From NCBI GenBank assembly GCA_964370865.1, contig CAYJKF010000001.1, positions 111,766 through 175,765 on the forward strand: a stretch of 64,000 bases of DNA. The letters are read 5' to 3'. Shown piece after piece: positions 17,263-27,300 of this stretch (its first letter is position 1; the number at the start of each line of letters is the position of its first letter). A model generated the notes under the pieces. It saw nothing but the letters and a program-made list of their open reading frames with translations. It made no database searches and was not told where the DNA came from. Source of the DNA: an uncultured Candidatus Saccharibacteria bacterium (GTDB taxonomy: Bacteria; Patescibacteriota; WWE3; 2-01-FULL-39-13). The translations under genes and the position numbers were made by a program.

Positions 17263-19944
17263 ATGAAAAAAATCTTAATCTACGGGAATAATTCAGTATC
17301 AAACTTTCTATTAAGTGGACTAAATTACTTCGACTATGAAACCTTGGATATTACTAATTCATCTGATATTAGTGAGCATTTCAATGGAGACACTGTTATC
17401 GACTGTATTATCGATGCGTCTAACGCGATAGAAACAATAGAAGAAGATCAAATCTTTTTTCACAATGATGAAGGGATTATAGAACTACTACACTATTCGA
17501 ATAGGTATAAGATTCCTTTCCTTTTTGTTTATAAGGAACCATTAACTATCGACCGAACATCATCTCTTACATACGCAATTGAAAACATAGATAAGTTAAA
17601 GAAACCTACTTCGATGTTCGTAAAGGTACAAATTGAAGATATTTATGGTCCTGATTTAAATACTTCCCAAAAAATTGAAGACTACCTAACATCGTTGGCC
17701 TCTAATCAAAGCATTAATGTTGAATCAGACTTAACAGAGTTCTACTTAATGCATCAAAAAGACTTGTTTTCTGGAATAATCGCCGCAATGAGGGATGTTA
17801 AAGCTACCAAGACCCAGAGATTCTTTACTCTCTTTCCTGAAGAACCTATAACCGAAATTGAACTTGCCCACTTGGTTACGGAACTCACTGACTTGTCAGT
17901 TGAGATCGAATATTTATCTGAAGACATTAACAGAAGAAATCTTGAAGTAGATATTGACACAATGTATCCAATTAATTGGATGCCAAAAACATCTATTGAT
18001 AAAGGGATAGTAGAGCTATTTAAGTATTATGGAATCCCATTGAAGGAAAATAAATCCGTTCAAGAATCCAACCAGGTAGACATAGGAACGGTTGATGATA
18101 CGAATGAGATGGACGAAACCCCTCCATCAACTATCTCAATTGAGATAAATCCAGAACCTGTAGACGAAGAACCTCAAATAGAACAATCGGATTCAATTGA
18201 TCCGATTGACCCACTTGGTCTATTAGAAACAAATTCTGTAGATAATATCTCTACAGAAATTGAAACCGGAACTAGGTATTATAGACCTGCTCGAACTGTT
18301 GAGTCCCACAAAAAAGAGACATCAAAATCTACCAGAAAATTGAAAAAAAACATAACAGTCGGAATAGCACTTTCTTCACTCTTGGTCTTATCTAGCCTTT
18401 CGTCAGTCGCTTATATTAGTAGATATAAACAAGTTGTAAATTTAATTGACGATAGTAATTCCTTATTCGAAAATCAACGATACGAGGAATCTGCAGAAAC
18501 TGCAGACAAGGCTTTGAGTCAATCAAATGGTTTATACAATCCACCCTTTTTAATAAATTTATATTCTCAACAATTAGGTCTAGGTGATAAACAAATTTAC
18601 GAAGCGACTAAGAATTTATCAACAGTAGCAGAATTACAGAAGAATTTAGCATTTACTTATAAGTCAATAAATTCGATTAACCCATCAGGTACTAACGTTT
18701 CCATCTCTGACAATTCAGTCTTGGGAGCAAATACTTCAGACTCAACAAATATTTATATAGATAAATTAAAGGAATTATTATCAAGTTCTCCGAGAAATAA
18801 TACCGATTACATTTTATATACAGATGAACTAAATAATATTTCTTCAGACGTTATACAGAATTCCGAGTTTATAACTAAAGTAGACACAACTTTACTAAGA
18901 AAAGTATTTGGATTTAGTTCGAAACAGAAATATTTATTTGTAACTCAAGATATAAGCAACATTAAGGCAACTGGTGGAGCTATTAGAAAATTCGGCCATC
19001 TAGACTTTGAGATAGGAAAAATAACTTTTGCAGAGCAAAAAGACATAAAAGAATTTGATGATTCAATTAAATTAACCAGCTCATCGTTTATTGCACCAAA
19101 TGAAATTAAAGTAATAAAAGGAGTCGACTTTATGCCTGCAAGTGAAATAAATTGGGATGTTGATTTTAATAAAAATGCAGAAAATTTATTAAGTGTATAT
19201 AAAAGCACTTATGGGAATACTGCTTTTGACGGTGTAATTGCTATAGATCAAAAAATTTATGATGAATTATCATCTAATAGCCTATCTTCCGATATAGATA
19301 AATTAAACAAAGTAATTAGCGGTCTAAATAGCAGGCATATTTACCTTTACCATACTGATGGACCAATCAAAGGGTATCTTCTTGAAAATAAATGGACTGG
19401 TTCAATCGAACCTTTTGAAGATGATTATTTATATGTTGTGGACACGAATTTATCGGAGGAGAATACCAATGATAAAATCACAAGGTCAATCGAATATAAG
19501 TTCTCGCCGCTTGAAAATGAAAATACGTTTGCAAGAGAATTAATAATTAAATATAAAAACGACAATACCGAAGGAACCGGATATATAAATCACTTAAGGA
19601 TTGTGGTTCCAAATAATATCCTACTTAATTCAGGATCGCTATCTATAAATAATTCCGAAAAAACATCTATTACAAGATCCATCAAGATGTTGCCCGCTGG
19701 AAAATATAACGTTATTTCAACCGATGTATTAGTTCCAAACGGCACTGAAATAGCGTTATTTATTGAATATGAATCTCCATACAAATCACTAGAGGATAAA
19801 AAAATTAACCTCTTCGTACAAAAACAACCTGGACAAATCAATGAAAAGCTTGTAATTACAGGCATATATCCAGCCCAAGGCAGAAATAGTATAATATGGG
19901 AAGGTTTGGCGGATAACGATATTAACGTTGAAATACCGCTTTAA
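17263..19944 (+). CDS. Degenerate epimerase/dehydratase-like N-domain + TM + DUF4012-like ectodomain
   Basis: Rossmann-like start lacking GxxGxxG, 'DIYGP'; TM near aa 365-385; 'ATGG', 'NWDVDF', 'DGVIAID', 'DYLYVVDTNL', 'VQKQPG' motifs. Confidence 0.65.
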   Translation: MKKILIYGNNSVSNFLLSGLNYFDYETLDITNSSDISEHFNGDTVIDCIIDASNAIETIEEDQIFFHNDEGIIELLHYSNRYKIPFLFVYKEPLTIDRTSSLTYAIENIDKLKKPTSMFVKVQIEDIYGPDLNTSQKIEDYLTSLASNQSINVESDLTEFYLMHQKDLFSGIIAAMRDVKATKTQRFFTLFPEEPITEIELAHLVTELTDLSVEIEYLSEDINRRNLEVDIDTMYPINWMPKTSIDKGIVELFKYYGIPLKENKSVQESNQVDIGTVDDTNEMDETPPSTISIEINPEPVDEEPQIEQSDSIDPIDPLGLLETNSVDNISTEIETGTRYYRPARTVESHKKETSKSTRKLKKNITVGIALSSLLVLSSLSSVAYISRYKQVVNLIDDSNSLFENQRYEESAETADKALSQSNGLYNPPFLINLYSQQLGLGDKQIYEATKNLSTVAELQKNLAFTYKSINSINPSGTNVSISDNSVLGANTSDSTNIYIDKLKELLSSSPRNNTDYILYTDELNNISSDVIQNSEFITKVDTTLLRKVFGFSSKQKYLFVTQDISNIKATGGAIRKFGHLDFEIGKITFAEQKDIKEFDDSIKLTSSSFIAPNEIKVIKGVDFMPASEINWDVDFNKNAENLLSVYKSTYGNTAFDGVIAIDQKIYDELSSNSLSSDIDKLNKVISGLNSRHIYLYHTDGPIKGYLLENKWTGSIEPFEDDYLYVVDTNLSEENTNDKITRSIEYKFSPLENENTFARELIIKYKNDNTEGTGYINHLRIVVPNNILLNSGSLSINNSEKTSITRSIKMLPAGKYNVISTDVLVPNGTEIALFIEYESPYKSLEDKKINLFVQKQPGQINEKLVITGIYPAQGRNSIIWEGLADNDINVEIPL

Positions 19945-19973
19945 TTGCTGTTTAATTAGTGCTAGAATAAACG

Positions 19974-20092
19974 AGCCAAAAATGACATCTGATAAGCACC
20001 TTTCGCAAACCAGACTACTGGACGAGCTTATAGCAAGTTCGGGTAAAATGGATAAGCGCAAATCGGTAACACATGAAGATGTACTATTGGTT
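19974..20092 (+). ncRNA. Candidate structured RNA (rplY 5' leader or 6S-like rod)
   Basis: Extended -10 TGCTAGAAT just upstream; nested helices AGCCAA/TTGGTT, ACATCT/AGATGT, ACC/GGT, CGC/GCG, CCA/TGG, TACT/GGTA, CGAGCTT/AAGTTCG. Confidence 0.4.
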
Positions 20093-20124
20093 AAAAAGTT
20101 ATTAAGAAATAATACAAATTTACT

Positions 20125-20835
20125 ATGGAATTATCTGTACAAAAAAGAGAAATCAAAGGCGCCAAAGTCAAAACATTAAGGCGCGCAGGGATTATACCTG
20201 GAGCAATATTTTCAACTAAAACATCAAGAGGTGAGGGTGAAGTTACTGATATTCAAATGAACCAGTTAGAATTCCGAAAATTATATTCAGTGGCGGGAGA
20301 ATCAACCCTTATCGAATTAAATATAGACGACGAGAAAAGAGATGTTCTAGTTAAAGAAGTACAACTAGATGTAATCTCTTTACTACCAATTCATGTTGGG
20401 TTTTTCGAAGTTGATATGAATCAACCAATTATTACCGAAATTCCTATCATTTTAATAAATGAGGATATTTGTGAACCAGTCAAAGCCAATCTTGGTATTC
20501 TGATTACTGTTTTGGACACAATAGAAGTTAAATCGTTACCTAAATTTATTCCACAAGCTTTTGAAATTGACGTTAGCGTATTAAAGAATGTCGAGGATTT
20601 CTTAACAGTAAAAGATGCTATTAAAGTAGATTCCGATAAGATTGAGATTCTGTCAGACTTAGACGAAGTTATCGTAAAAGTTGACTTCGCCGAACAGCAA
20701 GAGGTTGAAGAAGAAACAGGACCTGAAAGCGTCGAAGGTGTCGAGGTAATCGCTGAAGAAGAAGCTAAAGGCAGACAAGAAGATGGCGAAGCAGAAAAAA
20801 CAGATTCAAAACCTGATGCTAAAAGTACTGAATAG
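20125..20835 (+). CDS. rplY: 50S ribosomal protein L25/Ctc
   Basis: 'KTLRRAGIIPGAIF', 'VLVKEVQLD...IHVGFFEV', Ctc beta domain, acidic tail. Confidence 0.93.
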   Translation: MELSVQKREIKGAKVKTLRRAGIIPGAIFSTKTSRGEGEVTDIQMNQLEFRKLYSVAGESTLIELNIDDEKRDVLVKEVQLDVISLLPIHVGFFEVDMNQPIITEIPIILINEDICEPVKANLGILITVLDTIEVKSLPKFIPQAFEIDVSVLKNVEDFLTVKDAIKVDSDKIEILSDLDEVIVKVDFAEQQEVEEETGPESVEGVEVIAEEEAKGRQEDGEAEKTDSKPDAKSTE

Positions 20836-20849
20836 AACTCCCCAGAGTA

Positions 20850-21419
20850 TTATCGAATCAAAAGTAAGTATTCTCTGTTGTGACCTTTATCCCCAAGAAT
20901 AGGTGAAATTATATTGTTAACGAGTTCCCTATTATCCCTTTCTAAGATTCCTCTTAATTTTGTAATATACAAAGGAATGAACTCCTCTAAATATTCTTCA
21001 GACACGGATCCTTTTATTAAATACTTTTTATCTACTTCATACTGAGGCTTAAGTAATGCGATTATCACACCTTCCTCCTTAAGATTTTTAAGGATATTCG
21101 GAATTATTTTTTCTAATTTTGTCCAACCGACATCGACAACACATAAGTCCACCAGTTCAGGAAGAAGCACGTGTAAGGCATTAGTTCTTTCCATTACAAC
21201 CACACGGGGGTCATTGCGTAACTTCCAGGCGAGTTCACCATAAGCAGTATCAACTGCATATATTTTTTGCGCTCCATTCTGTAATAGGCAATCAGTGAAT
21301 CCTCCTGTACTTACACCAAAATCCGCACAAATTAAATTTTTTGGATTTATTGAAAATGCTTCTAGGGCTGCGGCGAGTTTTAAACCGGCCCTTGAGACAT
21401 AGGGATTATTTTTATCCAT
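20850..21419 (-). CDS. tlyA: TlyA-family rRNA methyltransferase lacking the S4 domain
   Basis: 'YVSRAGLKL', 'DFGVSTGGFTDCLLQNGA', 'LLKPQYE', 'GDKGHNREYL'. Confidence 0.85.
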   Translation of the reverse strand: MDKNNPYVSRAGLKLAAALEAFSINPKNLICADFGVSTGGFTDCLLQNGAQKIYAVDTAYGELAWKLRNDPRVVVMERTNALHVLLPELVDLCVVDVGWTKLEKIIPNILKNLKEEGVIIALLKPQYEVDKKYLIKGSVSEEYLEEFIPLYITKLRGILERDNRELVNNIISPILGDKGHNREYLLLIR

Positions 21420-23631
21420 TCTTTTGTGGCCAGTTACTAACGATTAAATCTGCGTCATCTGGTTGCTTCAACTCTTGCCAAATTGATTCCGTCACAAAAG
21501 GCATAAATGGATGTAATAATTTTAGGCATCCGAAATATACATGTTTAAATATTGCCATGGTATTCTCATCCTCACGATTCCTTATTTCTTCAAGGTATCC
21601 ATTCGCAAAATCATTCCATATAAAATCATATAATTTTTCACCTGCTATTTTGAAATTATATTTATCGAGATCTTTTGTAACTTTATCTACTAAAGAATTA
21701 TATTTGTTAACAATCTCTAAATCGGTTGCAAGATTGGTAGTAAATTTATTAGGTATTCTAAGACTTTCGGTTTTTATTTGATAATATCGACCAACATTCC
21801 ATATTTTATTTGCAAAGTTTCGATAGCCTCGAACTTTATCTTCATCAAAAGGTGTAAGCTTTGAAGCAGTATTTCCACCAACTAAGATGCCCATCCTCAG
21901 TGCATCTGCCCCATATTTATCTATTATTGTTAAAGGGTCAACCACATTCCCCTTACTTTTGCTCATCTTTACCCCATGCTTATCGGTAACCATTCCATGA
22001 AAATAAACATAATAAAAAGGAACTTTACCAGTCAGATATTTAGAGAACATAATCATTCTTGCGATCCAAAAAAACATAATATCGTAGCCAGAATCCAAAA
22101 AATTAGTTGGATAGAAGTGCTTATGTAGATCTCCATCGGGGTAGTCAGTAGTGGTTAAAGGCCATTGACCCGAACTAAACCATGTATCAAATGTATCTGT
22201 ATCTTGCAGATAATTATCTCCAGGTGAATCTACACTAATTCTGAATTTTGCATCGCTTGGTGCAACGACTTTTTGTAAACCGTTTTCTATTTCTTGAAAG
22301 GAGTATTGTTTCAATAAATTTGAGATACTCCCAATCTGAGTTTCATTATTTTTGGTTCGAAATGTAACTGACAAATTAGGATTCTCTACAACTGAATACC
22401 ATGCAGGAATTCTTATTCCAAAAACAGTTTGTCTGCTAATTGGCCAAGGCTTTTTTTGCACAATCCATTTAAGAACATCTCTTCTCCACATTTTTTGATT
22501 GAACGTTACCTCTTCATCTTCAATGGCCTCAATTGCCAGATCGCAGAATTTCTCCATATCTATAAACCAATTATCTAAAACCATAGGTTCAATTGGATTA
22601 TGATCTTTGTAGTCAACTAAAACACGATTAGTGTATTTTTCATCGACTTTCTGCAAGGCTCCTTTTTCTTTTAATATATCGGCAACTTTTACTCTCGCTT
22701 GTTTGGCAAAGAAACCAACACACTCGTCTGCGTTCTCATTCATTCTTCCATCTAAATTTATTAAGGATATAACTTCCAAATTATGAGTCTTACCAATCTT
22801 AAAGTCATTCTGGTCGTGGCCAGGCGTAATCTTCAAAGCTCCAGTACCAAATTTCTTATCGACATAACCATCTTCAATAATCTTCAACTTTCGACCGTTA
22901 AGTGGGTTAATCGCAAATTTACCAACAAATTTTGTATATCTTTTGTCTTTTGGATTTACTGCTATAGCCACATCGGCGTAAATAGTTTCTGGGCGTACTG
23001 TTGCAACTGTTATTAAATCTTCTGATCCTTCAATCTTGTATGAAACATAATAAAGTGGTGAAACCGTATCAATATATTCAGTTTCTAGGTCACTAAATGT
23101 TGTCCCATAGAAAGTGGAGTAATTTACCATATACCCAGCCCGATAAACCATTCCGTCTTTATACATTTTAAGGAAAGTATCGTAGACAGTTTTAATAACC
23201 TCATCATCAAGCATAAAAGTATTTTTTGACCAATCAGCGCTAATTCCTAAGATTTTAAATTGATTTATCGCAATATCCGAATTTTCTTTTACAAAGTCTA
23301 AAACTTTATTGTAAAAAGTAACCCTATCGAAATCAAAACGGCTTTTACCTTCTTTTTTTAAATGTTTCTCGTATACATATTGAGTTTCGAAACCAGCATG
23401 GTCGGTACCTGGTAAGTACAGAGTATCGTACCCCTGCATCCTCTTATACCTGGCAACAAGGTCCTGTATTGAATATGTGCAATGACCAATGTGTAAATGT
23501 GCGTTTGCATTTGGGGGAGGCATTAATATTGTAAAAGGACGCTTACTTGATTTAGGAGAAAAAGCACCCGCGTTTTCCCATTTTGAATATATCTCGGGCT
23601 CCTTAGTTTTGTGGTCAAATACCTTATCCAT
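21412..23631 (-). CDS. valS: Valine--tRNA ligase (short form)
   Basis: 'PPPNANAHLHIGH', 'PGTDHAG', 'ATVRPET', 'DTFDTWFSS', 'KMSKSKGN'. Confidence 0.95.
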   Translation of the reverse strand: MDKVFDHKTKEPEIYSKWENAGAFSPKSSKRPFTILMPPPNANAHLHIGHCTYSIQDLVARYKRMQGYDTLYLPGTDHAGFETQYVYEKHLKKEGKSRFDFDRVTFYNKVLDFVKENSDIAINQFKILGISADWSKNTFMLDDEVIKTVYDTFLKMYKDGMVYRAGYMVNYSTFYGTTFSDLETEYIDTVSPLYYVSYKIEGSEDLITVATVRPETIYADVAIAVNPKDKRYTKFVGKFAINPLNGRKLKIIEDGYVDKKFGTGALKITPGHDQNDFKIGKTHNLEVISLINLDGRMNENADECVGFFAKQARVKVADILKEKGALQKVDEKYTNRVLVDYKDHNPIEPMVLDNWFIDMEKFCDLAIEAIEDEEVTFNQKMWRRDVLKWIVQKKPWPISRQTVFGIRIPAWYSVVENPNLSVTFRTKNNETQIGSISNLLKQYSFQEIENGLQKVVAPSDAKFRISVDSPGDNYLQDTDTFDTWFSSGQWPLTTTDYPDGDLHKHFYPTNFLDSGYDIMFFWIARMIMFSKYLTGKVPFYYVYFHGMVTDKHGVKMSKSKGNVVDPLTIIDKYGADALRMGILVGGNTASKLTPFDEDKVRGYRNFANKIWNVGRYYQIKTESLRIPNKFTTNLATDLEIVNKYNSLVDKVTKDLDKYNFKIAGEKLYDFIWNDFANGYLEEIRNREDENTMAIFKHVYFGCLKLLHPFMPFVTESIWQELKQPDDADLIVSNWPQKNG

Positions 23632-23681
23632 TTGTAATATTATACGATAGTATGGGTAAAAGCTGATAGTGTGGGCAGAGG

Positions 23682-24986
23682 CTAAAATCCCGTTCTAAAC
23701 AAACTTCTTATTTTTTCTTTTTCTGCGCTAAAGATTTTGTATAAACTGTTGTCGTTCTCGCCGATAGCTATAGCCAAATTATTAAAAACATCTATGAATT
23801 CTTTATTACCACTATTGGTGGTAAAGTAGCTATGCGAAGAAGAGTCGGCATATTCAATAAACCCTTGTAAATATTCATTACTTTTCGTAATAGAATCTAG
23901 CGATTTTACACTAGGAATTTCACCAAAATTTGCGTATTTGGAGTATTCACTAAACATCTTTGTTTGTTGTTCAGGCATACTTAACCAATTTAAAAAATCC
24001 CATGCCAACTTTTGTTCATCCTTGGAGAGATCAGTCGAAACCGTTTCAACGAACGAAGAAGCGACTGTTAACCTGGTTGTTCCTCCTTCACTAAGTGGTA
24101 ACTGCGGCACTGAAATGACTTCTAAATTCATAGATGGATTAAGGTTCAAAATAGTTTTTAAATCACCCGTTTTCACGAAAACCATTCCAACTTTACCTTC
24201 AGCGAATGCACCTATAGAATCTGGCAAACTGTCACTCCAGACTCTATCGATTTTTGAAAAATTCATATAATAGCCAATAACCTCAACGGCCGTTTCTGAG
24301 TCAATACTATCTGGAATCTTAATATTACTCTGCGCTAACATCAAGGAAATAATATCAGAATGGTTTGCAACATTATTTGTGGAACCAATTGCAGCCCCCG
24401 CTACAATGATATTGTTCCGACTGTCTCTTTTAGTAATCCTTATTGCTGCATTTCGAAAATCTTCCCATGTAACTGGAACTCCAGCACCCGATTGCTGAAA
24501 CAAGTCCTTGTTATAAGCAAGTGCCAATCCGTCATACATTATAGGAATACATTTGACCTCTTCATTAATAATACATTGTGTCCGGTAGGCTCTATAAAAG
24601 GCCGCCTCGAAATCTTTCTTTGAAACGGATGTATTTATGGCCATCTCTGATGATAGAAATGGTGACCAGGTTGCATGGATTCGAAATATATCTGGTCCCT
24701 CTCCTGAGCGTAATTTTTCTGCCAATAATTTTTTATACTCAGTTAAATCGTCATAACTCTTTCTTTCATACTTTATCAATACATTAGGATTGCTTTTCTC
24801 GTATTCAGAAATTAATGGCTGAATTACCTCTACTGGTAAGTTTATACCCCAGTATGTGAATTCAGTTCTAGAGGCGACTGTTGGACGATTATTTCCTGGG
24901 AGTGAGACATTAGTTACTAGATATAAAACAGCCAAGAGGGAAATAAAAACGATCGCCAGTGTAAATAATAACTTAGTAGTATTCAT
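23682..24986 (-). CDS. Extracellular solute-binding protein (sugar ABC family 1)
   Basis: N-terminal TM, 'GEGPDIF', 'LAYNKDLF', 'PVTWEDF', 'AWDFLNWLS'. Confidence 0.85.
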   Translation of the reverse strand: MNTTKLLFTLAIVFISLLAVLYLVTNVSLPGNNRPTVASRTEFTYWGINLPVEVIQPLISEYEKSNPNVLIKYERKSYDDLTEYKKLLAEKLRSGEGPDIFRIHATWSPFLSSEMAINTSVSKKDFEAAFYRAYRTQCIINEEVKCIPIMYDGLALAYNKDLFQQSGAGVPVTWEDFRNAAIRITKRDSRNNIIVAGAAIGSTNNVANHSDIISLMLAQSNIKIPDSIDSETAVEVIGYYMNFSKIDRVWSDSLPDSIGAFAEGKVGMVFVKTGDLKTILNLNPSMNLEVISVPQLPLSEGGTTRLTVASSFVETVSTDLSKDEQKLAWDFLNWLSMPEQQTKMFSEYSKYANFGEIPSVKSLDSITKSNEYLQGFIEYADSSSHSYFTTNSGNKEFIDVFNNLAIAIGENDNSLYKIFSAEKEKIRSLFRTGF

Positions 24987-24991
24987 TGGTT

Positions 24992-26182
24992 TTATTCGAC
25001 TTTTTTAGCATAGGAACCTGATACCCAACCTTCTTTTTCTCCTTCATATTTTATTTTGTACCAACCGCTTTTTTCTTCCAATACATCAAACTCAAGCCCT
25101 TCATTAACTCGGCCGACCTCTTTACCCGAAGTAGCACCATTGTCTCTTACTCTTAAGAATCCAAGGCCAGTTGGCTGTATTTTAACTTTAAAACCAGCAC
25201 CAGCTGGGGCAGTTCCATCATTTTCAGTGATACTCACTTCTCCATTTAAAGCTTGATTAATTGACTCTTTTGCCTGATCTGTCAATTGCATTTTATCTTC
25301 ATAGCCTAAATACACGATGGCAGTATCGCCTTCTGCTTTCATTTCGGTTGGATTGATTTGATTTCCATCACCATCATATATTTCACCATTGTCTGAAATG
25401 AAATAATTAAATCTATCTATCTTGAAATTTCCAAATACATTAGCTTCTCGAGTCTTTATCCAGTAATTAATTCCCTTTGCCCAACTTTTCTTATCCATAA
25501 ATCCTGGATTTGAAACTTTAGAGAAGTTAAGGAATTTAACTCCCTCTGGTAATCCGTCTAAAGATGAATATTCTTTGGGAATTGGAATTAGAAATAAATC
25601 AACTCTAATATTTAATTGGTATCCAGGAACAGCTGTGACCGCTACTTGTTGCTCCTCATAACCGTCTTTTCTAAAAGTGAGGATATATCTATTATTTTCA
25701 TTCTCTTTTAATAAATCTTTTGTAGCGAATTTAGTTGGAGTTTTGCCAATTTCTACTCCGTCCACGATTACCGAAACACCTTCTACCAATGGTGAAACTA
25801 CGGAAATTTGAGCCTCATCTTGGCTAAAGGATTTCTCCATCCAAATATTTTGACCTGAACTAAAAGCCTCTCCTACACCAAGATCTCTACTTATAATTGC
25901 TAAAGTACTATTTGCCGGCCTAATTGAGGTGGAGTAATCATTTGTTTCGCCTCTAATCTTTACTTCAATATCGCTTGTTAGGATATCTTCAGAATAAACA
26001 GGCGCATCACCGTAATCCTTATTGTTTACGGAAACCGAGGCTTTTCCATTCATTACTTCAACCTGTATAGCAGATCTTCCGAAACCACCTGTAAAATAAT
26101 TGTAAATAAAGAATACAACTGCGCCCAGAATCGCGAGTCCTAAGAAGATGCTTGAAATTTGGTAAAAATCAAATTTTTTCAT
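24992..26182 (-). CDS. PEGA-domain + C-terminal bacterial SH3 domain protein
   Basis: TM; 'VIVDGVEIGKTP...RKDGYE' PEGA; 'LGFLRVRD...GWYKIKY...GWVSGSY' SH3; start set at MKKFDF. Confidence 0.8.
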   Translation of the reverse strand: MKKFDFYQISSIFLGLAILGAVVFFIYNYFTGGFGRSAIQVEVMNGKASVSVNNKDYGDAPVYSEDILTSDIEVKIRGETNDYSTSIRPANSTLAIISRDLGVGEAFSSGQNIWMEKSFSQDEAQISVVSPLVEGVSVIVDGVEIGKTPTKFATKDLLKENENNRYILTFRKDGYEEQQVAVTAVPGYQLNIRVDLFLIPIPKEYSSLDGLPEGVKFLNFSKVSNPGFMDKKSWAKGINYWIKTREANVFGNFKIDRFNYFISDNGEIYDGDGNQINPTEMKAEGDTAIVYLGYEDKMQLTDQAKESINQALNGEVSITENDGTAPAGAGFKVKIQPTGLGFLRVRDNGATSGKEVGRVNEGLEFDVLEEKSGWYKIKYEGEKEGWVSGSYAKKVE

Positions 26183-26244
26183 AATAATACTTATTAAAAG
26201 GTAGCATCTAGGAGGATTAAACTCAACCACAATAGAGTTAAATT

Positions 26245-27027
26245 TTAGTGTTTACGGTATCGTGAAGCTATTTCCAGTCGACGATTGATGAAGTCGCTTT
26301 TATCAAGAAATGCGATTCTTATGGTCTGCCCTTTTTCTAGAATTATTTTATCGTTTTGTTTGACTTCTATCTCTTTTTTTATTCCGTCGATATAAATTAT
26401 TTCAGGTTCTCTTATGGATTTAGAAACTATCTCGAGTTTCTGGATAGTTAAGATATCCTCTAGGAATCTATTACAAACCACACCATTTATTGACCAAAGA
26501 GATGACCCAAGAGGCAAGATTGATCCTCCTAAATTAAAATTGTAACCAGTCGAGCCAAGATCCGTACTAACACAAATTCCGGACCCACTTATTTCAAAAT
26601 CAGAAAACGAGCCATCCTCTGAATTTAGAACGAAATGATGATATCCCATTATTGTTGAGCCAATCACAACATCATTTATTGCATAACCAGCAAATATTTT
26701 TTTGCCAGTCTCTTTTAAAACGCTGACTTTAATTGAGGTCGTTTTAATTTCGGTAAGTGCGACATTTTCCTTTTTCAGCCTTCCAAATAATTTTTTTATA
26801 TCGTCAGTTGGATTCATCAAGAAGTTAAGTGTTCCGCCTGCAATTCCGAAAAAAGGAACTTGAAGTTTATTGTGTTCCTGAATCGCATGCAAAAGCGCTC
26901 CGTCTCCACCAGCAACCACAAGTAACTCTGGAATCGTTTCAAGCGTAAACGAATTGAAGTACTTTTCCACAATATGGTTCACTTTTAGATTTCGTTGATC
27001 TGTCGTAGATATATATTTAATCCTCAT
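26245..27027 (-). CDS. nadK: NAD(+) kinase
   Basis: 'VAGGDGALL', 'GTLNFL', 'AINDV', 'STDLGSTGYNFNLGGSIL'; start set at MRIKY. Confidence 0.88.
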   Translation of the reverse strand: MRIKYISTTDQRNLKVNHIVEKYFNSFTLETIPELLVVAGGDGALLHAIQEHNKLQVPFFGIAGGTLNFLMNPTDDIKKLFGRLKKENVALTEIKTTSIKVSVLKETGKKIFAGYAINDVVIGSTIMGYHHFVLNSEDGSFSDFEISGSGICVSTDLGSTGYNFNLGGSILPLGSSLWSINGVVCNRFLEDILTIQKLEIVSKSIREPEIIYIDGIKKEIEVKQNDKIILEKGQTIRIAFLDKSDFINRRLEIASRYRKH

Positions 27028-27142
27028 TGGTAATACGTTATAATAGCCTAGATTCTTGAAATTAGACAATATGGTGAGATACCAAAAACGGTCATCCGCC
27101 TATGGACTACGAATAATTGTCTAATCCAGGAGTATTCCGCGT

Positions 27143-27218
27143 GGTGAGATAGCCAAGTTGGTCACGGCATCGGTCTGAAAAACCGACTATGTGAGTTCGA
27201 TTCTCACTCTCACCACCA
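27143..27218 (+). tRNA. tRNA-Phe (GAA)
   Basis: Cloverleaf; anticodon arm TCGGT-CTGAAAA-ACCGA, TTCGA T-loop, encoded CCA. Confidence 0.95.
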
Positions 27219-27300
27219 TTAGGTTATTCCCTTATGTTATAGAGGAATGCTTCCCCCGTTAAACAGTAATGGCGTGTAATAAATGTTATAGAATTGTTTT

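Noticed and set aside
19990-20070. Resemblance of GCAAACCAG...CTGGACG to the c-di-GMP-I riboswitch
   Set aside because: Lacks the GNRA tetraloop and the GCAAAGC and receptor elements; not supportable
19928-20179. 83-aa ORF upstream of and overlapping rplY
   Set aside because: Overlaps both neighbours and starts upstream of the apparent promoter; a structured RNA explains the region better, though a shorter ORF from 19982 is not excluded
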